A stretch of DNA of 64,000 nucleotides from Oikopleura dioica (lineage: Eukaryota > Animalia > Chordata), in NCBI GenBank assembly GCA_907165135.1, contig OU015567.1, positions 8,804,001-8,868,000 of the forward strand. Direction: 5' to 3'. The first letter of the stretch is position 1. Every line of letters starts with the position of its first letter. The notes below the pieces were generated by a model. The model had not been told where the DNA came from, did no database searches, and saw only the letters and a list, made by a program, of their open reading frames with translations. Position numbers and translations under genes: made by a program. This document shows positions 25,099-35,378 of this stretch, in pieces.

Positions 25099-28000
25099 AT
25101 GGACGACAGTTTTGACGATTTCAAGACGCCGACGGGCTCTCCTGTCAAAGAAAATCCTTCAGGAAAGTGTCATCAATAAAAATTAACAATAATGGCGAAA
25201 AAAACCGGGAAGGGTGCTCCTGTGGCACTGTCTCTCTTGTGGCACTTTCTCTCCTGTGGCACTTGCGCCCGCTGTGGTATACCACAGGAGAGACGGTGCC
25301 ACAAGAGAGACAGTGCCACAAGAGAGACATTTTCAACTATCAGATTCTCGAAATGATAATTTTAGGGAGTCCACCGACCTATCTCCATGTGCGCGCCTCG
25401 CTGTTTTCCTTAGATAATTTTTTTCGATTTACATGAATTTTTTGGGTGGACGAAACTTTCAATAGACGATTGAGTTATGTTACAATGTAACAGTTTCATA
25501 AGTTCTGTATCCTTGATATCAAGAATCCAAATTTTCGGAAAAGCTCACCGTTAGTACCAGATATGATTAGTTGACGAAATGACAATGAAAGGTCAAGGAA
25601 AGTTTCGTCCACGTAGAAAAATAAATTTTAATCAGAAAAAGTTCTAACGGCAAAGATAGAAACTAAAAAACTGCGAGCCACGCGCGTGGAGCTCGGCCGG
25701 CGGATTCCCTAGGAAGAATACCATTTTGAAAATCTGATAGGGAACGCTTTTGAAAATGTCTCTCTTATGGCACTGTCTCTCTTGTGGCACTGTCTTTCCT
25801 GTGGTATACCACAACAGGCGCAAGTGCCACATGAGAGACAGTGCCACAGGAGGCAAATATGACGAAAGTGCCACAAGAGCACCCTCTCCAAAAAAACCGG
25901 CATCTCTTTATCTAAAATGATGTGAGGCGAAATCGCTGATTATAATTATTCTCATATCTTCAATAATTATTCCCCCGATGAGTGATCATCTGTTTATCCC
26001 TTTTCTCTGATTTTTTTTCTTTCTGGTTTCGATTTTGAAGTGAATCAAACGAGGGAAAAAATGATGTGTAACTATGGCAATGTCTAACACTCTGAAAAGC
26101 ACTGGAGCAAATCGTATTCGATGGAATAGAACAAAATGCTACGAAAGAGGCGAAAAAACGAGCTGAACTTGACGGTAAAAACTGAACTTGAACCTTTTTC
26201 AGATAACACTAACTCATTTATCGATCTTCCTCTTTTTCTTCTATTTCTTACCAAGCAGCTTATTTTGAAGAGAAAGAGATAAATATGTAGATAGTTCTAA
26301 TTAAATGCAATCATTTGATAATCACCGTTGAAGTCAGATAATTTTGAACCAGTTAGGGTTATTTTCAATGCCCAGAGGGATCAAAACTCGTGGCATTTTA
26401 AAAGAAATGTTCATTGATGCATTTTTCACTTTGATACTTGAATTTACTTTACGGCGGATTAGTAGCTACTTCCTTGAAATGTCCAGTCAGTAATAAAAAT
26501 GTCGGAAAGTCGGTTGATCTTGAATTCTAGAGCTCCGTGCCGCTGGAGTCGAACTTTCCGACGATGATATGTACGATTCGGACAACGAAGCTCCTCAAAC
26601 TGGCCCGATGGTCGAAGACGATCCAGATGGAGTCGATTTTGACTCTGACGACAACGAGTCCAACATGCTAGGTAAGAAAAACACCCCCCGCTGTCTGTGC
26701 GAACCCAGTTTGGATATTTTCAACGGAATAATTTTGAAATTCGAATTCTGATTTGAATCTTGAAAACAAGATCGATTATTTTTGTTTTTAGCGAAGCAAA
26801 TGCAGTTCACTCCGGCAGACAGCACGATGGTGTTTGAGCTCAACGAGAAGCGAATTATGGAAGAAGCTATAATGCGAGAGAAGGAGAACAAGAGCCCGGA
26901 TGGAGATGAAACTGCCTTGTTAGAGGGAACAATGTGTGACAATACGGTCAATATGAATGATACCGATTTGTTAGACCAGGTAAACTTCCATTTGGGCTAA
27001 GGTATTTAATTGCCAATAAATTATTAGGTTTTTTGGGCTACCCAGAATACCTTAATCCCAAGATGGAGACTTCAGTCTCTGCTCAAGCAATTTGTGAATT
27101 CATGTCTTTTTAGACAACAACTGGGAATGAGTTCAAGCAGCCGCCAAACCCAGCGGACATGACCGTTATTGACGAGGACGACGAAATCTGCATCAAAATC
27201 AAGTCATCCGCGAAAAAGTTCCGCACCCCCGCGTCGACCAGTTCCGATCGCGCGGAAGATAAAACAATTGAAGTTGGAAAACCGAACCTTGAAGAAACTG
27301 ATCTTGGTTTGAGTGAAACGATCGCGGGAAAGACGGTCTTGGAGGTGACCTCTGGGGAGTTTGAAAAGACTGAAATGGGGTTTGAAAATGAAGAAGCAGT
27401 AACTGTCGAAGAAGCTGCTCCGGAAGAATCTAACTATGCTACAGCTCTCACAACGCCTGTTGTAGAGGCGTCTCCATTACACGAAGTTACTGAAAAGCCC
27501 AAAGAAGAAGCTCCAGTTGAAACTTCCGCGTTTCCAGCAGCCGAAGAAGCTCCAGAGCCGCCAAAACCGGAAGAAGATGAAGAAATTCCTCCTCCAGCAA
27601 AAGGTACTTACACAATGGACTTCGACAAATTCGACGATCCCAATTTCAACCCCTTCGCCACGTCTAAAACCGCTATGCGCAATTCTCCCGAGCCACAAGA
27701 AGACATTCCAGTGCCTAAAGGAAGTTATTCCGTCGATTACGATAAGTTTGACGACCCTAATTTCAATCCCTTTGAAAGTAAAAAAGCGATGCAGAATTCA
27801 CCAACACCTGAGAATCAACCTAATACCTCAATTTCAACAGGTAAGCCCTCTTTTTCTTCTCATTTAGAAAAAAAAATCATTCAAGAAGCAAACAAAACGA
27901 TTGAAATCACTGCCAAGCCCGAAGAAGTCACACCCGCCAAAAGTGAAAGCGAAAAAGAAAACAATCACAGTTCAGAAGATTTGCCAAGTTCAGAGAATGT

Positions 28001-31000
28001 AAATACAACAGTCACTATCGCCCAAGCTGACGAAATCGAAACACAATCCCAAGAGTTCAAATTAGAATCGGCTTCGACTGAAACTCAAGAAGAACCTGAG
28101 TCCCTTCCTCAACCATTAACGCGGACGCTTTCTTTGGGAGACAAAACACAGGAAGATCAATCGTTGCATTCTGTCATTGAACCAGCTACCGAGTCGGTGA
28201 TGGAAACCTCCGCGATGAGCGTAGACGAGGAAGTTGCGAACATTTCTCAAGAAGCCGAAGCAATGGACGTTGACAACGATGAACTACAACTTCCAAAGGG
28301 CGCTTATTCCATGGACTTTGACAAGATAGACGACCCTAACTTCAATCCATTCGAGAGCAAAAAGGCGATGCAAAACTCTCCGACGCCAGATGAGACTCCT
28401 CTTCCTCCTAAAGGCGCGTACACTGTTGATTTGGATAAGTTTGACGATCCAAACTTCAATCCTTTCGAATCCAAACGCGCCATGGCCAACTCTCCCGTTG
28501 AAAAAGCACCTGTCAAAGAAACCGAACCTGCTCAGGAATCAGTCTCAGAACCTCAAGCGGCTCCAGTCGAAGCAGCGATTCCGGATCCTGCTTTGAACAG
28601 GACATCAACTCCTGATAATACAGAAGATCCAGCTGTTCTGAAGGAGATGGACAAAACATTCTCTCCAGTCAAAGAAGCGCCAACAGCGGAAGCTCTTTCT
28701 ACAGAAGATCTTGATGAGCTAAATCAAACTTTTACGCCTCCAAAGGAACTGGTTACTTTTTTTATCTCTTTCTGATTCTCTTCAATCGCCTGAGACACCC
28801 TTTAATCTTAGGACACATTGGAGTAGACAATAAACTAGTGATTGATTATGACGGTCCGAACCCTCTTTGTCTCATAAATCGAGAAACAAAGCAAGACTCA
28901 ATTTAGGACTTAAGCTTATTAAAAAAGTAACCCTAATGAAGCGAGCTCCGCCAAAACTCGGCCAGCGCAAAAAAACTACTCCGGTTAAAAAAGTCTCCTC
29001 CGAAACCGAAACCAAAAGAGCCAACTCCCGAACCTCCAGCAACTGAGGATGACGCTCCACTTCCGGCCAAAGGCGCCTACAGTATTGGTAATCAATTCTG
29101 AAAAAATAGCTTGATCAAGTTTCTTTTAGACTTCGACAAATTTGACGATCCAAATTTCAACCCCTTTGAGAGCAAAAAAGCCATGTCAAACTCGCCTACT
29201 CCCGCGGAGGATGAAATCAAGCCGAAATCCGGCGCTTATACAATGGATTTCGACAAGTTCGACGATCCGAATTTCAATCCGTTCGAATCCAAAGGGCCAA
29301 AAATGGCCAACTCGCCCCCGCCCAGCGAAGCCAAAAAGGAGGAAAAAGAGAGTGAAGCTGCACCCGCGAATGATGAGGAGGAGGTATTAAACGTTACCTT
29401 TGAGGCCCCCAAGGAATAGTTTTCATTTATAATTTAACGCTAGGGCATAATATTTTGGCTGCGTTTCAGAAAGAGAAATAAATCTGACAGAGAAAAAAGG
29501 GGAAAATACTTCAATTTTTATCTCTTTTACCTTTCTTTTTATCTTAAAAATTCAAATGGAAACCATTCGAAAGCGCGCACCGCCAAAACTCGGTCAAAAT
29601 CGTAAAAAGGTCTCTCCGAAGGTGATCAAACCAAAAGCTCTCAAGCCAAAAGTACAGGCCGAACCAGAGCCTAAGCCCGAAGAAGAGGAAACGCCACTTC
29701 CTGCCAAGGGCGCCTACAACATCGATTTTGATAAATTCGATGATCCAAATTTCAACCCCTTCGAGACGAAGAAAGCGATGCGCAATTCACCAGAGTTGGA
29801 TAAGACAAGTAAGAAACTCTTATTGAAAAGTCTCTAGAATCAAGTTAAATGCGATTAACGCAGGTGGCATCGAATTAATTTTGGGTTTTCGAGATTTGCA
29901 GATTTTAAATCAGCGTTTTTTCAGTTGAGCCAGAGCCAGAAAAAGAGCCTGAATTGGAAAAACTCGACGAGCAAATGGCAGATCCGGATTACAATCCCTT
30001 CGAAACAAAATCTGGAGTGCGCAACTCTCCTTCTCCAGTTTTGGCCAAGCCGAAAACTTCTGGCTATACAATGGGTAAGAAAAATTAGAAATGTGAAAAA
30101 CAATGGCTAAAAACCGCTTCAGATTTCGATAAATTCGACGATCCAAACTTCAACCCCTTCGAAACCAAAAAGGGATTGTCGAATGTCGAAGTCTCTCCAG
30201 AAGAAGTTTCGCCGCAAAATTTGACGAAGACGATTTCAAAGAGTGATCTCAACACGACTACGGGAAGCGACGACTTCCACTCAGGTAAAAATAAAGCTTT
30301 GTAATAGTCAATTTTGAATTTCAATTCTGTTAGCTTCGGGGCTAAAACCAGGCCGTATTCCATATTTGTCAAAATACGCGACTTTTACTAAAAAGTCAAG
30401 GGCAAAAAAGAGAACTGGTAAGACAAAAGTAACGTTAAATTAGCTAGTAAAATATAGATTTGATTTTACTAGCAGACTGCTAGTAGCAGTACTTGAAAGC
30501 ACAAGAATCTCTCTCTTGATCTCACAAAAATATAAAAACATGTTTTTTAAACAACTGAAATAACTTGTCAATCATTTTGAAATCCCGATGAATCATCAGC
30601 ATACTGAATTTAATTCCCTCTAATTCTGTCACGTGATAACTGGCCCGTGAATAAATGCAGGGTGTCAAATCGCGGGGAGCGAGAAGGGATCGCGCTTAAA
30701 CGCTCACGCTCGATCCCACGAGCGAAGGGATCGCTCGGGCGCCCCTTTGAACGAGAAGGGATCGCGGCAAAAGCAAGCCAAAGGCCGTGGGCTAGCGCCA
30801 GAGTTCATGCGCGAGATTTGCTACAACCAAGCTCGCGCCGCTTTTTAAATCTTCATCATTGTCTCAAATTTGACGAACTTTCCAAATCTTATGTAGTTTT
30901 TCCTCCTCTTTTTTCTCGAACAACAAAATCTTACTCAAATTTCTTTTGAAATTAAATGAATACATAATATGTAAGCTTGGAAAGATAAAATTTTGACTAA

Positions 31001-32431
31001 TTTGCCCATAATGATAGTCACTCTCCCTTAGTATAATTTCAAAAAATTAGTCACATCATAGTTATCAGTTTCGCTTAGTTTTCGAGCTCGAAGACTACTG
31101 AAAACACTAGCGGCCAATTTACGGCCAAGATAACCTCCAGGAGTGACAGTTGCTAGAGCTCACTTTTTAGGACTAAATGAATTATATGTCGTTAATGACT
31201 CAAAATATTTTTACATATTCGGAAAAAGTTCCATGTGGATCCTATATTTCACTGAGATGGACTATATTTAGGCTTCCCGCACCTTTTTCTATTTTCCAGG
31301 TTCTCTGGCCGAATCTAACCAAACTTGCTGGACATATGCATCAAGACAAGCTATGAAAAACTGTACTAGCCGATTTTTCGAATTGAGTCTCTTTGACACC
31401 TTTGTCTATATTGAAACATTTTGAATTTTTACAAAGTTCGCTCGTTCTCGTAAAATTTTGATCCCTTGCGCGAAGGGATATCCCACGCGCGAAGGGATCG
31501 GGGCGATCCCTTTGTTTTTGTGAGCGCTCCCTTCTCGTTGCTTCTCGCTGCTGGGCGATCCCTTACACTCTGGGAGCGAAATGGCGCTGCGGCGCGCGAT
31601 CCCTTTTCGTTCCCCGCGATTCGACACCCTGAATAAATGAATATTTACAGCGGACGAAGGAAATGATGAAAATGAAGATCCGAATCGTACTTTCGAAGTC
31701 CCACAAAAGGCAACTGAAAAAGGCGATTCAATTTCAACCTCTTTCGCAAAGGAAAAGTCGTTTATGTCAACTCAGTCGACCGTGTCACAAGAAAATTACA
31801 TCAGAGGTAGAAATGGCATCAAACACATATATAAAAGTGTTCTTCTAGCGCTGGAGCAGCTTTTATTCGAAGTCGATGCTTCTTATAAAAAGAAACTGGC
31901 GGCTTCCGAGACGCTAATCTGCCGAAAAACGATTGAAAACGAGCAGTTGAAGGCTGATCTCGCAGCTGTTGAACAGGTAGTCCAACAAGTTAGCGCGTTG
32001 AATTCTATCATCTTCAGGCGTCGGCGGATCAACTTCAGCGACACATGCGAGTCAAAGAAAAGTGCATTCTCCAAGCTCAAAACGAAGAGAAACTTCGAAA
32101 GAACAACGACGACCTGCACGCTCGTCATCAAGAAGATCTCGACCGATTCGATGCTCTTCATGAGCGATCGAACAGGCTCGTGGCCAAAGCGAACGAAGAG
32201 ATTGAAAAGATCGAGCAGGAAACGACCGTGAAGATTCGATGCTTGGAGGTCGATAACAAAAAGAAAGATGTAAGTGAGATAAACATAGAACTTCTAGTAA
32301 GAGATTTCCGTCTTTCAACCTTTTTCTAGCTCGAAATGAACAGCATGCGCGAGCAAATCGCCCGCCTGGAGAAAGAAAAAGCAGAACTTCTCACCCTCTG
32401 CGACGAACTCGTCAACAACGTCCCAAGATAA
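25099..32431 (+). CDS. TACC: TACC-family protein (transforming acidic coiled-coil)
   Basis: Nine xGxYxxDFDKFDDPNFNPF-type repeats as in the TACC1/2 central region; C-terminal coiled coil ending LEKEKAELLTLCDELVNNVPR*. The first exon (MDDSFDDFKTPTGSP, 25099) is tentative. Apparent frameshift in the A6 run at 28987-28992. Confidence 0.85.
25207..25889. mobile_element. Foldback/Mutator-like non-autonomous element with modular long TIRs
   Basis: About 230-bp inverted arms beginning GGGAAGGGTGCTC / ending GAGCACCCTCTCC; 9-bp TSD AAAAAAACC (25198-25206, 25890-25898); arms built from 17-bp TGTGGCACTGTCTCTCT units around the palindrome TGTGGTATACCACA. Confidence 0.85.
30658..31631. mobile_element. 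hAT-type non-autonomous element in a TACC intron
   Basis: 38-bp TIRs starting CAGGGTGTC (3 mismatches); 8-bp TSD AATAAATG (30650-30657, 31632-31639); subterminal AAGGGATCG/CGATCCCTT repeats; no transposase ORF. Confidence 0.9.
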
Positions 32432-33570
32432 GCCTATCAGCCCGCGTCACACTTCTCCTCTCAATCACCCTGCCCAGTTCTACGATCACTTAAAAATTTC
32501 AAATTGTGTATTTCTAATAATATTTAAACAAAACATTCACCGACATTTCTGTTCACAACGCACTACCTTCAGTTTATCAAAAAATTTTTGCTACGAAGAA
32601 AATAATAAAACACAGCTACACCTAGAAAGGTTTTGTTCTATAAGAATTTGCATGAGAGTGTCTCAAGATCACTTCTTTATTTTGTCAGGAAAAGTGAGTT
32701 ATTGAATGATTCCAAGATGCTTCATCTTCCTTTTGCTTCACTCTCTCAATTCTCAATAGTTAGTATTAGCAATTCACGAAAGAAAAATATCGCTTCTATC
32801 AACAAGTGTCCAGATGAATTCTTGATGGGTAACATTGTTAGAGCTTTGTCTTAGATGCCTCCGTTCAATCGGAAACTTCCAAAAAGCAAGCAAAATCAAA
32901 AGAGAATTTGAGACTTGGCACAAGCATAACACGAGGTAGTAAGTTCTTGATTTAGCAATTACTCTGGTTTTCAAAAATACAAATTGAGGTCTCAATAGAA
33001 TTTTATTCATATCCGCGTGAATTAAAAGGTTCTAAAGTGAAGCTTATTAAACGCATAATTACGGCTGAAAAGTTCATTTTTGATACGCCCTAAAGTGCCA
33101 TATAAACCCAGATAAAAGGCCTCGATGCCACTCATTAGGAAATTGAGGGTAATCCCCTTTATCCCTTCTTTTTCCCAATTTTCCGGCCATCTGCGGGGTT
33201 CTTCATCAAAAAGAGAGAGTGTGGCTTCAGATCTGACATTGATAAACGCTCAAACTCGTTTTATTCAACTCATAGCCCGGTAAACATGGTAAAACCTTGA
33301 AAGAAAGAGAGGGAGATCCTTGGCCATTAATCAGAAGAGTTGACTTCAAAGAGATTTTATTACGTCGATCATTTGGAGAAGTACCGCTCGCGCACGCTAC
33401 GGAAATTGTCCTCTTCTTCTGATCTTTGCTCAAACAAAACGTCTGTAGTGATACTGACACAAAGAGAAGTACTTTTTCGCCACAGGAGCGTCTTATTAAC
33501 AGGTACGAATGCTACTGTAGGATGAATAGAGGGTAGGAAAACATGTGATCATCGAATTCTGCAAGAGTAG

Positions 33571-34006
33571 TGTTAGTGTCCGCATAACCGGGGAGCTAGA
33601 ATATTGTGCCGTTACCGGGTAGAGCTACTCGCCCTTTGCCGAGGAATATAAAACTAGCATCACTAACATTAATGACCGTCCCTAAAACCGGTCTCTTTTT
33701 ACTCAATAATAACATAGTAGGGTTCTAGCCCGAGTCTCTATTTTATTATGCACAGCTTCTGTAGTAGGTCTCTAAGTGCAGTGGCATTTCGCCGATAAAA
33801 ATGCAGGGAGCTCCGCTTCTTGCGAAGGTGCGTGGATGAGTGAAGAAATCGGCGTCGCTGGCAGTGGGTATCTTGAGAGCGTAGGCGGGCGGGGGCCAAT
33901 CCGCGGTCAAGGAAGATTCACGCGGCAGGCTCGGTGTGAGAGAGTCGGAGGACTCGGAAATGATAGGTGGAGGACTTTCACACAGGTGGAAATCCGGACA
34001 CTAATA
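33571..34006 (-). repeat. 3' LTR (436 bp)
   Basis: TGTTAGTGTCCG...CGGACACTAATA on the plus strand (12-bp terminal inverted repeat, 1 mismatch); identical to 41401-41836 by eye; minus-strand AATAAA at 33742-33747. Confidence 0.97.
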
Positions 34007-34009
34007 TAG

Positions 34010-34020
34010 TCCCCTCTATC
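34010..34020 (-). promoter_or_regulatory. Polypurine tract
   Basis: Minus-strand GATAGAGGGGA, 3 nt before the 3' LTR. Confidence 0.8.
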
Positions 34021-34156
34021 ATTTTCGAGAGCTGCTACTGTCGGGCAGTGTTCTTCGCGGTTTCGAGCTTGTTCTTCTTGGCAGTGTAGCTCTGGTCAAG
34101 GCTGGAGACGAAGTTATGGTACAGCGACATGTATGGGCCAACGGAGAGCCTCTTCA

Positions 34157-34943
34157 TCAAAGTTCGTAGTGGGAGCGATTTTTCAGTCGACCAGAATACT
34201 TTGGAGTGGAGTCGATTTTGGTACCATGGTGTTTGATCAGCTTGAGGAGCTGGGTAATTCGTCGGTGGCATTCCAGAGCAGCTTCCGGCGTGCGCTGGAT
34301 TCGTCGAACATCCTGGCCTTCGATTGCGGAGCCAAGGATTTTTGCGTTTATTTTCTTTCGCCGGAGGTGAGCTCGTCGGGCCGCTCGTCGTTTTCGCCGC
34401 TCTTCTTGTCGAAGATAGTCAGCGATGACTTTGGGGATTTCATCTTCGTCGGACTCTGGGTCGCTTTCAACGACGCGCGTTACTTCGATTTCGTCTGGTC
34501 GCGGTTCACGGGGCGCTTCAACCTTTTTTGGTGGAGGTGGAGGCGGCGGAAGATTTTCTTTCGCTGGAAGAACCGGAGTTGGCGCAGATTCGTCGATGAC
34601 TAGTCGTGGAGTGTAACTGCCGGGCGACCAGGTTGGAGATAATCCATCGTCGGACGAGATATCGATGTCTGACTCATCTGGTGGTGATTTCGATCGTGGG
34701 GAGTCTTTCGTCGCGGTGTTTCGGATCGTCGTGGCGGAGTCTTTCGGCGTGGAGTTTTGGATCGTCGGGCTCGGCTCGGTGGTCGATCTCGAGGGCGGTT
34801 TCGTCGATCAGTTCGGGAGCGCTCCGACCGTAAGTTTCCGGACCTTTCGGTCTTTCGCGAACGGGACTTCCGTGTAACTTCGAGAATGACGCTTTTCAGC
34901 CGAACCATTCTAGAAATCACGGAGATCACTTTTTGTCAGCCAT
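34157..34943 (-). CDS. Retrotransposon ORF3 at the env position; disordered RS/Pro-rich, acidic, then basic; two 1-nt frameshifts
   Basis: Joining frames at the A5 run (34930-34934) and the C4 run (about 34698-34701) gives about 262 aa: MADKKVISV...SRSRKTERS...KTPRRKTPPRRSETPRRKTP(P)RSKSPPDESDIDISSDD...PPPPPPP...DYLRQEERRKRRAARRAHLRRKK...SHYEL*. Confidence 0.6.
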
Positions 34944-35378
34944 AAAATGCCTGACAGGGTATTTTTACGGGGGCTTTTCGCCAACACTCGTTCGTAGTTT
35001 TTTACAGTATTTTTCGATTTTTTTTTGTAATATTTTTTAAATTTTTTATTTTGGAGGGCAGAAAATTGGTCCGAGTAAATAAATGGGTTAACATGCGGTA
35101 GGTTAACGGGGCTACTTTAACAAGAAAAAGGATTTAGAAAATAGTGAGTAGAGTAAGACAAAAAAAAAAATTTTGGTAATTTTACGTCGATTGGTTAAAA
35201 TTAAGAAATTCTAGATAAAATTGGTGACATAAAGAACTCGTAAAATTTAGTAAGGGATAATTTGAACAGGTAAAAGGGCCGTAAACGGCGCTTATTGAAC
35301 AGAGAAAAATGGGCTCAAAGAGCGCGAAAAATTTCATTTAAACGGCTAAAATGGCCGGGGAAGGGTCGAGCGGGAATT

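Noticed and set aside
25145-25903. Several 60-90 aa ORFs with repeated WHCLSCG / PQER motifs
   Set aside because: Translations of the foldback subrepeats, not genes.
33227-33570. Idea that the LTR element interrupts a host exon
   Set aside because: Rejoining the flanks at GTAG gives only short frames with stops on the minus strand and no recognisable protein.
34133-34945. Plus-strand ORFs in the retrotransposon 3' region as an antisense gene or env
   Set aside because: They look like shadows of the low-complexity minus-strand ORF3; no convincing signal peptide plus ectodomain plus TM layout in any frame.
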